From Dehalococcoidia bacterium (GTDB lineage Bacteria; Chloroflexota; Dehalococcoidia; SM23-28-2; RBG-16-64-32), in assembly GCA_963665775.2 (NCBI GenBank), contig CAXXTF010000002.1, positions 736,001 to 800,000 of the forward strand: a DNA stretch of 64,000 bases, given 5' to 3'. A program made the translations under genes and the position numbers. The notes beneath the pieces were generated by a model. That model was not told the origin of the DNA. It did not search any database and worked only from the letters and a program-made list of their open reading frames with translations. Below are positions 1 to 12,777 of this stretch, piece by piece; the first letter of the stretch is position 1; each line of letters begins with the position of its first letter.

Positions 1-1848
1 AACCCGGTGCTCATTGGCGAGGCCGGCGTCGGTAAGACCGCCATCGTGGAGGCCCTGGCCCAGCGCGTCGTCAACAGCGAAGTCCCGGATACGGTCACCG
101 GCCGCCGCATCGTGACCCTGGACATCGGCTCCCTGGTGGCTGGCACGAAGTACCGCGGCGAGTTCGAGGAGCGGCTGAAGAAGGTCATCGAGGAGCTGAA
201 GAACGCCAGCAACTGCATCCTCTTCATCGACGAGATGCACATGCTGGTGGGCGCCGGCGCCGCCGAGGGTGCCGTGGACGCCGCCAACATCCTCAAGCCA
301 TCCCTGGCCCGCGGCGAGATCCAATGTGTGGGCGCCACCACCCTGGATGACTACCGCAAACACATCGAAAGGGACGCCGCCCTGGAGCGCCGCCTCCAGC
401 CCATCATCGTCAACGAACCCTCTGCCGAAGAGAGCATCGAGATCCTCAAGGGGATCAAGAGCCGGTACGAGGAACACCACAAGCTCACCATTACCGATGA
501 GGCCGTGCAGGTTGCAGTCGAACTCGCCTCCCGCTACGTGCCGGATCGCTTCCTCCCGGACAAGGCCATCGATCTCATCGACGAGACCGCCTCCCGTGTG
601 CGCATCAAGCGCTCCTACTCGCCACCCTCGCTAAAGGAGGCCAACCAGCGGCTGGAGGACCTGCGCCGCGAGAAAGAGGCCGCCATCGCCGCCCAGCAGT
701 ATGAGCAGGCCGCCGAACTCCGCGACCGTGAGGTCAAGCTCCAAGACGAGCTCCAGGGTATGGAGAACGGCTGGGCCACAGAACGCGAGGAGAACAAGCC
801 GGAGGTCAGCGCAGAGGATGTCTGCGAGGTCCTCGCCATGTGGACCGGCATCCCCGTCACCCGCATCGCCTCCGAAGAGTCCCAGCGCCTACTGGGCATG
901 GAGGACGTCCTGCACGAGAAGGTCGTGGGCCAAGACGAGCCGATCCACCTGATCGCCAAGGCCGTCCGTCGCGCCCGCGCCGGCATCAAGGACCCCCGTC
1001 GGCCCATCGGCGCCTTCATGTTCCTGGGCCCTACCGGTGTCGGCAAAACGTATCTGGCCCGCATCCTGGCCGAGTTCATGTTCGGCAGCGAAGACGCCAT
1101 GATCAAGCTGGACATGTCCGAGTTCATGGAGAAGCACAACGTCTCCCGCCTCATCGGCGCCCCTCCTGGCTATGTCGGCTACGACGACGCCGGCCAGCTC
1201 ACCGACGCCGTCCGTCGCAAGTCCTACTGCCTCATCCTCCTGGACGAGATCGAGAAGGCCCACCCGGAGGTCTACAACATGCTGCTCCAGGTCTTCGATG
1301 ACGGCCACCTCACCGATGCCAAGGGCCGCCGCGTCGACTTCCGCAACACGATCATTATCATGACCTCCAACGTCGGATCTGACCTCATCCGCAAGGAGAC
1401 CACCCTGGGATTCTCCATCAAGACCGATGATTCCAAGACCGAAGAGGATCGGTACGAGAAGATGAAGGACAAAGTCCTTACCGCTATGAAAGGCGTCTTC
1501 CGTCCGGAGTTCCTCAACCGCTTGGACTCTACAGTCGTCTTCCATGCCCTGTCACACGAGCACATCCGCCAGATCGTCGAGAACGAGATGAAGGAGATCG
1601 AGAAGCAGATCGTGAGCAAGGGCGTCAAGCTTGAGATGACCGACGCCGCCAAAGACTGGATAGGCGAAAAGGGCTACGACCCGGTCTTCGGGGCACGCCC
1701 CCTCCGCCGCGTCATCCAGAGTGAGGTCGAGGACCCCCTCTCCGAGGCGATCCTGGCGGAACGCTTCCAGGATGGCGACACCGTCCGCGTAGACATCCAG
1801 AACGGCGAGATCGTCCTCACCACCGTCTCCGAGCCGGCCCTCGCCTGA
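1..1848 (+). CDS. clpC: ATP-dependent Clp protease ATPase ClpC (5' end outside window)
   Basis: Two AAA+ modules ([16 protein letters not shown]), [15 protein letters not shown] coiled coil ([15 protein letters not shown]), GARPLRR; reading frame is open from base 1. Confidence 0.95.
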   Translation, partial: NPVLIGEAGVGKTAIVEALAQRVVNSEVPDTVTGRRIVTLDIGSLVAGTKYRGEFEERLKKVIEELKNASNCILFIDEMHMLVGAGAAEGAVDAANILKPSLARGEIQCVGATTLDDYRKHIERDAALERRLQPIIVNEPSAEESIEILKGIKSRYEEHHKLTITDEAVQVAVELASRYVPDRFLPDKAIDLIDETASRVRIKRSYSPPSLKEANQRLEDLRREKEAAIAAQQYEQAAELRDREVKLQDELQGMENGWATEREENKPEVSAEDVCEVLAMWTGIPVTRIASEESQRLLGMEDVLHEKVVGQDEPIHLIAKAVRRARAGIKDPRRPIGAFMFLGPTGVGKTYLARILAEFMFGSEDAMIKLDMSEFMEKHNVSRLIGAPPGYVGYDDAGQLTDAVRRKSYCLILLDEIEKAHPEVYNMLLQVFDDGHLTDAKGRRVDFRNTIIIMTSNVGSDLIRKETTLGFSIKTDDSKTEEDRYEKMKDKVLTAMKGVFRPEFLNRLDSTVVFHALSHEHIRQIVENEMKEIEKQIVSKGVKLEMTDAAKDWIGEKGYDPVFGARPLRRVIQSEVEDPLSEAILAERFQDGDTVRVDIQNGEIVLTTVSEPALA

Positions 1849-1870
1849 CGGTGCAGAGTAGCAGCAAGAT

Positions 1871-1904
1871 GGAGCCGCCCGTTACGGGCGGCTCCCGGCT
1901 TTTC
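1871..1904 (+). terminator. Intrinsic terminator after clpC
   Basis: GGAGCCGCCCG-TTA-CGGGCGGCTCC perfect stem, with CTTTTCT shortly after. Confidence 0.7.
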
Positions 1905-2003
1905 TGAACCTCCCGATACGGAGCAGACTAAAGGCTGCTACGTTCATGCCGCAGCGCTGTTGGCGTCCCGCCCCCCGTCTGCCATAATGCCCCCGAGACC
2001 CCC

Positions 2004-3374
2004 ATGTCCAGTGCCAAGCCGCCCCGTACCGTCTTCACCTGCCAGGAGTGCGGTCATGAGAGCCCCAAATGGCTCGGCCGCTGCCCTGACTGCGCCTCCT
2101 GGAACAGCTTCACGGAGAGGACCAGCAGCCGCGGATCACGGGCCGCCGCCAGACCCCGCCCCAGCCTGCCGCCCGTCGAGCTGTCCCGCCTAGACCACGA
2201 CGACGAGCCCCGCCTCGCCCTCGGCCTCCCCGAGTTCGACCGCGTCCTCGGTGGCGGTATCGTACCCGGCTCCCTGGTCCTCATCGGCGGCGACCCCGGT
2301 ATCGGCAAGTCCACCCTCCTCCTTCAGATCGCCGCCCGCGCCGCCGGCAGCCAGGGCCATCCCGTCCTCTACCTCTCAGGCGAGGAGTCCGCCGCTCAGC
2401 TCAAGCTACGCGCCGCCCGCCTCGGCCTCCCCGGCGACGCCCTGTTCGTCCTTACGGAGACCGACCTGCAAGCCGCCCTGGCTGAGGCTGAGGCCCTCTC
2501 CCCCGCCCTCGTAATCGTCGACTCCATCCAGACCGTCTACAGCGCGGCCGCGCCCCAGGCCCCGGGCAGCGTGGCCCAGCTCCGCCAGTGCACCATGGAG
2601 CTCATGCGCTGGGCCAAGGGCTCCGCCGTCCCCGTCTTCATCGTCGGTCACGTCACCAAGGAGGGCGATATCGCCGGCCCCCGGCTCCTGGAGCACATCG
2701 TGGACGCCGTCCTCTACCTGGAGGGCGAACGGTTCAGCAACTACCGCCTCCTGCGCGGCGCCAAGAACCGCTTCGGCTCCATCGACGAAGTCGGCGTCTT
2801 CGAAATGACCGGCGAAGGGCTTCGCGGCGTCGACAACCCCTCGGAAGCGTTCATCGCCGAGCGGGCCAGCGATGCCGCGGGGTCCGTGATCGTCCCCACT
2901 GTAGAGGGCAGCCGGCCCCTTCTGGTTGAAATCCAGGCTCTCACGAACCCCACAGCCACTCCTACCCCCCGCCGTACTGCTAACGGCCTGGACCAGGGCC
3001 GCCTCCTTCTCGTATCCGCCGTCCTGAGCCGCCGTCTGGGCCTCCCGCTCGCTACCCAGGACATCATCGCCTCCGTGGTGGGCGGCCTGCGCGTGCAGGA
3101 ACCGGCCGCCGACCTGGCGCTGGCCCTGGCCATCGTCTCCTCCCATCGCGATAAGCCCGTCCCGCCCGACCTCGTCGCCCTGGGCGAGATCGGCCTCTCC
3201 GGCGAGCTACGCTCCGTCACCCAGCTTGACCGCCGCCTGGCGGAGGCCGAGCGGCTGGGCTTCCGCCGCTGCCTCCTGCCCCAGGCCGCCCTCCGCCGCC
3301 CGCCAGCCAAGACCGTGATGGAGCTGCTGCCAGCGGCCACCCTGCGGGAGGCGATCAAGACGGCGCTGGCTTAA
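2004..3374 (+). CDS. radA: DNA repair protein RadA/Sms
   Basis: Zn finger CQECG...CPDC, GDPGIGKST, KNRFG motif, Lon-like C-terminus. Confidence 0.97.
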   Translation: MSSAKPPRTVFTCQECGHESPKWLGRCPDCASWNSFTERTSSRGSRAAARPRPSLPPVELSRLDHDDEPRLALGLPEFDRVLGGGIVPGSLVLIGGDPGIGKSTLLLQIAARAAGSQGHPVLYLSGEESAAQLKLRAARLGLPGDALFVLTETDLQAALAEAEALSPALVIVDSIQTVYSAAAPQAPGSVAQLRQCTMELMRWAKGSAVPVFIVGHVTKEGDIAGPRLLEHIVDAVLYLEGERFSNYRLLRGAKNRFGSIDEVGVFEMTGEGLRGVDNPSEAFIAERASDAAGSVIVPTVEGSRPLLVEIQALTNPTATPTPRRTANGLDQGRLLLVSAVLSRRLGLPLATQDIIASVVGGLRVQEPAADLALALAIVSSHRDKPVPPDLVALGEIGLSGELRSVTQLDRRLAEAERLGFRRCLLPQAALRRPPAKTVMELLPAATLREAIKTALA

Positions 3375-3380
3375 TACGGC

Positions 3381-4493
3381 CTAGAACTCGATCTGCTTGT
3401 GCCGCAGGACTATCCCCTGCAACAGCCCCAACGCCACGAACAGCATGATCAGGGAGCTACCCCCCTGACTGATGAAGGGCAGAGGAATCCCCGTCACCGG
3501 CAGTAGCCGGATGTTCACCGCCACGTTGATGAACACCTGGAACAGGATCATGATCACGATCCCCGTCGCCACCAGCCGCCCGAACTGGTCTCGCGCCAGC
3601 GATGCCACCCGGATGCCCCGGAACAGCAGCGCGATGAACAGTCCGAACAGCACCAGCGCCCCCACGAGCCCCAACTCCTCCCCCAACACACTGAAGATAT
3701 AGTCCGTCGTCGGCGTCCGGAGGAAGTCGGACTGGATCTGCGTCCCTTCCGTCAGCCCCTTGCCGAACAGCCCGCCGGAGCCCACGCTGATCTCCGCCTG
3801 CAGTATGTTGAACCCTCCACCCAGGGGGTCTGCGTTGGGATTCAGCCACAGTCCGATGCGCTCCCGCTGGTAGTCGCCCATTATGGCCAGAGTAGCGAAC
3901 GGGATCACCGACACCATAAACCCGAACAGCACCATCATGTAGCGCATCGGAACCCCTGCCACTACCACCATGCCCAGCCAGATCGCCCCGAAGATGATCG
4001 CCGTCCCCATGTCCGGCTCTACCAGGACCAGCGCCGCCGGCAGCGCCGCCATCGCCAGCGAAACCAAGAAGACACGCAGCTGATGCATCTGCCCCTGGCG
4101 GTCGGCCAGGTAGCGGGCCAGCGCCACTATCATCAGCAGCTTGGCCACCTCCGAGGCCTGGATCTGCGTCCCCGCGAAGCTGAACCACCGCCGCGAGCCG
4201 AATGCGGGATCACCCACCACCAGCACCAACGCCAGCATCACTATGGCCAGGGCATATAGCACCGGTGCCATCTGACCGAAGATTCGGTAGTCCAGCCAGA
4301 CCACGAACGCCATCAAACCCAGCCCAGCCACCGCGAAGGCCGTCTGTTTCACCAGCGGATGCTCCAGGCTGGAGATGCCGTCCGGGTAGGAGTTCAGTGA
4401 CGCGCTGTAGAGGAGGAGAGCCCCGTACGAGACCAGCGCCGCCGCCAGGAGCAGCAGCGGTACGTCGAAGTGACGGATCAGCCGCCGCTCCAT
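3381..4493 (-). CDS. rodA: Rod shape-determining SEDS protein RodA
   Basis: Multi-TM, QASEVAK, PDMGT, TDYIFS, PVTGIPLPFISQGGSS; directly follows PBP2. Confidence 0.93.
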   Translation of the reverse strand: MERRLIRHFDVPLLLLAAALVSYGALLLYSASLNSYPDGISSLEHPLVKQTAFAVAGLGLMAFVVWLDYRIFGQMAPVLYALAIVMLALVLVVGDPAFGSRRWFSFAGTQIQASEVAKLLMIVALARYLADRQGQMHQLRVFLVSLAMAALPAALVLVEPDMGTAIIFGAIWLGMVVVAGVPMRYMMVLFGFMVSVIPFATLAIMGDYQRERIGLWLNPNADPLGGGFNILQAEISVGSGGLFGKGLTEGTQIQSDFLRTPTTDYIFSVLGEELGLVGALVLFGLFIALLFRGIRVASLARDQFGRLVATGIVIMILFQVFINVAVNIRLLPVTGIPLPFISQGGSSLIMLFVALGLLQGIVLRHKQIEF

Positions 4494-6404
4494 CTACTGC
4501 CCCCCCTCGGACTTCTGCGCCAGCTGAGCACCGTTGAAGTAATAATCAAGAATCTTAGCCGCCGCCGCCGCGTTCTGCCCGCCTTCCCCCCGCTGCACGA
4601 ACACCACTATCGCCACTTCCGGCTCCTCGTAGGGAGCAAACCCCACGAACCAGCCGTGTGTCTCAAAGGAGCCGTCCTCTCGTGCCAGCCCGAACTCCGC
4701 CGTCCCCGTCTTGCCCGCAACCGCCAATCCCGACACCGCCGCCGTATCGGCCACCCCGTTCGTCACCGACTGAAGCATCGCCTCTCCCACGATATCCAGA
4801 TAGGACCGCTCTACGGGCACCGTCCGGCGCACCTCCGTCTCCACCTGCTGCAGTATGTTGCCCTGATCGTCCCGCACCTCCATCAACAGATGCGGAATCA
4901 ACAGCTTGCCCCCGTTAGCGATGGCCGCCACAGCAGTCACCATCTGCAGCGGTGTCACCGAAAGATACCCCTGCCCGATCCCGAAGTTGTAGGTGTCGCC
5001 CAGCGTCCACGGATCGCCGACGGTCTCCTCCTTCCAGATCGCATCGGGCACGACACCCGCTGACTCCCCCGGCAGATCGATCCCCGATATCTCGCCCAGA
5101 CCGAACGCGCGCGCATACAGTGCGACCCGCTCCTCTCCCAGGCCACGGAATTCGTCCTCCGAATTCCCCCCAGCCAGGTAGTAGAAGTACACGTTGGAAG
5201 ACATCGCGAGGCCGCCATAGAAATCCAGCGCCCCCAGGGCGGCCCAGTCCGGGAACAGCTCCAGGGCGTTGGGATTGTACTCGTTCTGGACAAGGATATA
5301 CCCCTCGCTGATGATCACCGTCCCCGCCGTGGCTACGCCTTCCTGTAGGGCCGCCGCTCCCACGATGGGCTTGAAGCTGCTGCCCGGTGGATACCTCTCG
5401 GCGATGGTGTGGTTCACCAGGGGCTTGCCGACATCCTCAAGCACAGCTGCTAAATCCGCCTCACTCAGCGACCCCGTGAAGATGTTACTATCGAACGTCG
5501 GCAGGGACACCATCGCCAGCACCTCACCCGTGTGCACGTCCATCACCACCGCCGCCGCATTGTCGGAGGAGCCGGCGTACTGCGCCAGCACCCTCACCAC
5601 TTCGTTCTGCAGCTCCACGTCGATCGTCAGAACCAGGTTCGACCCGTCCAACGGCCGTCGCTCGGAGATCACCTCGAGTTCACGACCAGCGGCATTCACC
5701 TCTATCAACTTTTCCCCCGGCTTGCCCCGCAAGATCGGCTCGTAGAACAGCTCCACACCGCTCTTACCGATGAAATCCTGCACCAGGTACTCCAGCTCGC
5801 TAAAGGCCACGAACTCCTCTGCGGAGATCGGACCCACATAGCCCAGCACGTGCGACAGGCTGGACCCGGCCACGTAGCTCCGCGCCGGCTCCATCAGCAG
5901 CCTGAGACCGGGCGCGTGAGGCTCCAGCTCCTTCAGGATCAGCGCCGTCTCCCAATCAAGCCCCTCCTTGATCACCGCCGGACTGTACGCCCCCTCCCGC
6001 GCCTCACCTTCACTTACCCTCTCCTCGATCTCCGCCACCGGAACCCCGATCACCGACGCCAGCAACCGGTAAACGTCACCCTCGCCCCCCTCCGGCAGGT
6101 CGCCCGGCACGATCGCCGCCGAGAACACCGCCGAGTTCTGCACCAGGGGCCGCAGGTTCCGATCATAGATGAGGCCCCGCGCCGGCGGAATCTGTACCTC
6201 CCTCAGGGCATTTATCTCCGCCCGCTGAGCGTACTCATCGCCCTGGACCACCTGCATACGGACTAGCTGCACTATCAAGATCCCGAACAGCAGGATAACC
6301 AGCGCCCGTAGCCACGTGAACATCGGGCGCCCATCGCCAGACCGCTGCCGATCCGGCTTCGGCTTCTTGCTACGCCACCGTTTACGCCGCCCTGAAGTAT
6401 CCAT
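4494..6404 (-). CDS. mrdA: Penicillin-binding protein 2
   Basis: N-terminal TM, PARGLIYDRN, SSFK, SSN, KTG motifs. Confidence 0.93.
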   Translation of the reverse strand: MDTSGRRKRWRSKKPKPDRQRSGDGRPMFTWLRALVILLFGILIVQLVRMQVVQGDEYAQRAEINALREVQIPPARGLIYDRNLRPLVQNSAVFSAAIVPGDLPEGGEGDVYRLLASVIGVPVAEIEERVSEGEAREGAYSPAVIKEGLDWETALILKELEPHAPGLRLLMEPARSYVAGSSLSHVLGYVGPISAEEFVAFSELEYLVQDFIGKSGVELFYEPILRGKPGEKLIEVNAAGRELEVISERRPLDGSNLVLTIDVELQNEVVRVLAQYAGSSDNAAAVVMDVHTGEVLAMVSLPTFDSNIFTGSLSEADLAAVLEDVGKPLVNHTIAERYPPGSSFKPIVGAAALQEGVATAGTVIISEGYILVQNEYNPNALELFPDWAALGALDFYGGLAMSSNVYFYYLAGGNSEDEFRGLGEERVALYARAFGLGEISGIDLPGESAGVVPDAIWKEETVGDPWTLGDTYNFGIGQGYLSVTPLQMVTAVAAIANGGKLLIPHLLMEVRDDQGNILQQVETEVRRTVPVERSYLDIVGEAMLQSVTNGVADTAAVSGLAVAGKTGTAEFGLAREDGSFETHGWFVGFAPYEEPEVAIVVFVQRGEGGQNAAAAAKILDYYFNGAQLAQKSEGGQ

Positions 6405-6410
6405 CGCTCC

Positions 6411-6929
6411 CTACAGCGGCACCGTCCGGCCGAGCCTGGCCATTCCCTGCCCCGGCTCGGGGCTCAGCCAGCGTACCGGCAGATATACGATGGGCGTAAA
6501 CAATGCGTTCCCTATCGCTGTCGGCAGCATCACCCATAGCAGACCATCCACCCAGGGGACCCCCTGTCCTGTGGCGGTCAGGACAGTCATGCTAAGGAGA
6601 GCGTAAATCAGACTACCGGCCACCACCGCGATCAACGTGAGCACGAGATCCGATTCCACGGCCCGCAGCTCTCTTATGACTACCAGCAGCACTATGGGCG
6701 CCAAAGCCAGCACCGAGGTTCCCACCGGATCACTGGTGGTCAGGTCCTTCATGAGACCCGCCAGAGGAACGACCACTGCCGCCTCCCGCTGTCCCCGCAC
6801 CATCGTCCAGCACACCGCAAAGATCAGGATCAGGTCCGGCGTGACCCCCAGCACCTTCACGGAAGGCATAGCGGAAGCCCCCAGAACGGCCAGGAAGAAC
6901 GCGGCGCCGGCGGCCACTACGTATCTCAC
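6411..6929 (-). CDS. mreD: Rod shape-determining protein MreD
   Basis: Hydrophobic, GVTPDLILI, GLMKDL; lies between mreC and mrdA. Confidence 0.88.
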   Translation of the reverse strand: MRYVVAAGAAFFLAVLGASAMPSVKVLGVTPDLILIFAVCWTMVRGQREAAVVVPLAGLMKDLTTSDPVGTSVLALAPIVLLVVIRELRAVESDLVLTLIAVVAGSLIYALLSMTVLTATGQGVPWVDGLLWVMLPTAIGNALFTPIVYLPVRWLSPEPGQGMARLGRTVPL

Positions 6930-7777
6930 GGCCCTTCTAACCTCGCCGGCCGGAAGCTGGTCAGCACAAGCACCGTCTCCAGCGACGAAAGTGCCGCCGC
7001 CGGCTCTATGATCGCCCGCTTGAAGGGCGCCTGCGGCTGCTCCTCCACCGATTCCACACTGCCGATGAGAAGCGCACGTGGGTAGTTCCCGCCCAGACCC
7101 GAGGTTGTCACCAGACTCCCCTCGATCACCTCGGAATCCGAGGGTAGCAGCTCCAGGACCAACCCTCGACGCAGATCACCGCCAATCACCCCCTGTGCCG
7201 GCGAACCATCCTCCGGCTCCGATCCGCTACCAGCCACCTGCGCGTTCACCGCGCTGTCTGGATCCGTGACCAGGCGCACCCAAGCGAACCCCTCGTACGC
7301 ACGCGATATCGTCCCCACGAGACTGCCGTTTCTGGACAGCACCGCCATCCCCTCCTCCACACCATCGCTCACCCCCCGATCGATAGCGACGAACCGTTTT
7401 AGACCGGACGGGTCCCGCGCCGCCACGTTAGCCACCAGGAACTCGTCATCCGGTCGGCTCTGCTTCACGCCCAGCGCATCTTCCAGCTCCCGAATGCGTA
7501 GCTCGGCATCCTGCTCGGCCACCGTCTGCCCCTGCAGCCGTTCCAGCTCCTCCTTCAGCCGCCGGTTCTCCCGGACAAGTTCGCCCCGGTCCACGATCCC
7601 CTCGAAGAATTCGCTGACGGAGTTCGCTAGGTCGCGGAAGCCGCCCTCCACGGGCGATGTGATGCGCAGGGAGAAGTTCTCCAAAGGGTCTAGGGCACGC
7701 TGATGGGAGAGGACGATGCCCACTACGCTAACGGTTACCACCGTTAGCAACCACCACATCACTCGCACCCGGTACAT
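6926..7777 (-). CDS. mreC: Rod shape-determining protein MreC
   Basis: TM, coiled coil ENRRLKEEL, IDRG..DGV..GM, TSGLGGNYP. Confidence 0.92.
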   Translation of the reverse strand: MYRVRVMWWLLTVVTVSVVGIVLSHQRALDPLENFSLRITSPVEGGFRDLANSVSEFFEGIVDRGELVRENRRLKEELERLQGQTVAEQDAELRIRELEDALGVKQSRPDDEFLVANVAARDPSGLKRFVAIDRGVSDGVEEGMAVLSRNGSLVGTISRAYEGFAWVRLVTDPDSAVNAQVAGSGSEPEDGSPAQGVIGGDLRRGLVLELLPSDSEVIEGSLVTTSGLGGNYPRALLIGSVESVEEQPQAPFKRAIIEPAAALSSLETVLVLTSFRPARLEGP

Positions 7778-7840
7778 GGCCTCCGCACGTTCTTGGTCCC
7801 TTGGTGGCCCGTCCCACCGGCACCCACTGCCCCACGCCGC

Positions 7841-8899
7841 CTAACGCGGCGCCTTCCTCGTGTTCAGCCTCGCCTGCACCTTCCGCATAATCGCCACTTC
7901 CTCCAGCACCTCCGCCGCACCCCGGACCACACACGTCAGGGGCTCCTCCGACACGTACACCGGGAACCGCGTCTCCTGGGCCAGTCGGCGGTCCAGTCCC
8001 CGCAACTGCGCCCCCCCTCCGGCCAGAACGATCCCTCGGCTCATGATATCCGCCACCAGCTCCGGTGGCGTCATCTCTATCGTCTGTCGCACTCCATCCA
8101 CAACGGCACTCACCGTGCCCGACAGCGCATCCCGGATCTCGACGCTACTCACCTCAACCGCCTTCGGCAACCCTGTGACCAGGTCGCGACCCCTCAATTC
8201 TACGGTGGTCTCCGGCTCCAGGGTATAGGCTGAGCCCGCCTCGATCTTCACATCTTCCGCCGTCCGCTCGCCTATCAGCATGTTGTGTGCCTGACGCGCG
8301 TAAGACACGATCTTCGCATCCATCTCGTCCCCCGCCGTGCGGATAGACGTAGCTACCACAATGCCGCCCATGGAGATGACGGCCACCTCCGTCGTGCCAC
8401 CCCCGATATCCACGATCATCGAGCCGCCCGGCTCCATCACCGGCAGGCCGGCCCCTATGGCCGCCGCCATCGGCTCCTCCACCAGATAGGCCAGCCGAGC
8501 GCCCGCGTTCAGCGCCGCTTCGTGCACGGCTCGCTTCTCCACCTCCGTGACGCCCGAGGGGATGCCTATCGATACCCGGGGCCGCGGCAGACCGAGTCCG
8601 AGACGGTCGTGCACGGAGCGGATGAAGTAGTGCAGCATCCTCTCAGTTACCGCGAAATCGGAGATGACCCCGTCCTGTAACGGCCGCACCGCCACGATAT
8701 CCGCCGGCGTCCGCCCCACCATCCGCTTCGCTTCCGCGCCGATGGCCAGGATCCGCTTGTGGACGCGATCGATAGCCACCACAGACGGCTCATCTATGAC
8801 GATTCCCCGGCCTCTGACCATCACCAAGGTGTTAGCCGTCCCCAGGTCTATGGCTAGGTCATGCGAAAACAGGCCCAACAGGGCGTTGACCGGATTCAG
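7841..8899 (-). CDS. mreB: Actin-like protein MreB (start uncertain: CTG 8899 or TTG 8923)
   Basis: AIDLGTANT, EPSVVA, DIGGGTTEVA, LAGGGA. Confidence 0.95.
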   Translation of the reverse strand: MNPVNALLGLFSHDLAIDLGTANTLVMVRGRGIVIDEPSVVAIDRVHKRILAIGAEAKRMVGRTPADIVAVRPLQDGVISDFAVTERMLHYFIRSVHDRLGLGLPRPRVSIGIPSGVTEVEKRAVHEAALNAGARLAYLVEEPMAAAIGAGLPVMEPGGSMIVDIGGGTTEVAVISMGGIVVATSIRTAGDEMDAKIVSYARQAHNMLIGERTAEDVKIEAGSAYTLEPETTVELRGRDLVTGLPKAVEVSSVEIRDALSGTVSAVVDGVRQTIEMTPPELVADIMSRGIVLAGGGAQLRGLDRRLAQETRFPVYVSEEPLTCVVRGAAEVLEEVAIMRKVQARLNTRKAPR

Positions 8900-9051
8900 G
8901 GTTAACCTCTCCTCCCGCGGCAAGGGCTGAACTTAGGCAATTATAACCGACTATACCACCACCTGCAAAAGCTCTCCCCCTCGTCCAGATATAAAACGTC
9001 TCAACTGGGGCCAGCGCTACGCCCGCCTGCAATCAAATCCAGATTCGTCCC

Positions 9052-11792
<2,741 letters not shown>

Positions 11793-11943
11793 GCAGCGCC
11801 CGCAGCATCAACACGTTGCTACCGAATGACGGCACCTACGACGACATCCTGAAGAAGGGGGCAGTCTGGAGCTCTAGGCCACGGTTAGCGGAGAGCCCCT
11901 CGCCATGCCGCGGCCCCCTGGCTGCGGTACAATATTCCCCATC

Positions 11944-12675
11944 ATGGAGATCATCCCCGCCATCGACATCCGCGGCGGCCGCTGCGTTCGCCTGGAACAG
12001 GGCGATTACGGCCGCGAGACCGTCTTCGCCGAGGACCCCGCCGCAATGGCCCGCCGCTGGCAGAACGCCGGTGCCCGCCGCCTCCACGTCGTCGATCTCG
12101 ACGGCGCCCGCGCTGGACGCCCCATCAACCAGGGTGCGATCCAGCATCTGCTGACCGCCGTCTCCGTACCGACCCAGCTCGGCGGCGGCGTCCGCGATAT
12201 CGCCACCATCGAACGCTACGTGGAGGCCGGGGCCGATCGCCTCATCCTGGGCACCGCCGCCGTCAAACACCCGGCCATCCTTCTCGACGCCCTCGCCCGC
12301 TTCCGCGACCATATCGCGGTCGCCGTCGATGCCCGCGACGGCATCGTCGTCACCGAGGGCTGGCGCGAAAAATCCGACACGCTAGCCGCCGACCTGGTTG
12401 ACGAGCTCGTAGATATGGGCGCTACCTGCATCACGTATACCGATACCCTCCGCGACGGCACCCTTACCGGCCCCAACTTCGCCGCCATCGCAGCCCTCCT
12501 ATCCCACCTCTCGACCCTTCCCACTAGCCTTTCGCTCATCTGCGCCGGCGGCATCTCCTCCCTCGATGACCTGCACCGGCTGGCCTCTCTAGGCGTCGAA
12601 GCCGTTATCGTCGGCAAGGCCCTCTACACCGGCGACATCGATCTCCAGCAGGCCGTCGCCAGCCTGACCGCCTGA
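11944..12675 (+). CDS. hisA: ProFAR isomerase HisA
   Basis: IIPAIDIRGGRCVRLEQG, HVVDLDGA, VGKALY; ATG at 11944 matches the family start. Confidence 0.95.
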   Translation: MEIIPAIDIRGGRCVRLEQGDYGRETVFAEDPAAMARRWQNAGARRLHVVDLDGARAGRPINQGAIQHLLTAVSVPTQLGGGVRDIATIERYVEAGADRLILGTAAVKHPAILLDALARFRDHIAVAVDARDGIVVTEGWREKSDTLAADLVDELVDMGATCITYTDTLRDGTLTGPNFAAIAALLSHLSTLPTSLSLICAGGISSLDDLHRLASLGVEAVIVGKALYTGDIDLQQAVASLTA

Positions 12676-12701
12676 CGCTCCGTCAGACGCTGAATCAAAG
12701 C

Positions 12702-12730
12702 TGGACACAACCTGTAACGTTCATTAGAAT
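12702..12730 (+). promoter_or_regulatory. Sigma70-type promoter of rplU-rpmA-rpmE
   Basis: TGGACA-17 bp-TAGAAT. Confidence 0.65.
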
Positions 12731-12777
12731 TGATATTGAACCCCTTTTCAGCACCATCACTTCTCAGGAGAACTCAA

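Noticed and set aside
7191-7235. Loop insert GSGSEPEDGSPAQG in MreC as a possible element
   Set aside because: Only weak, gapped similarity at the DNA level.
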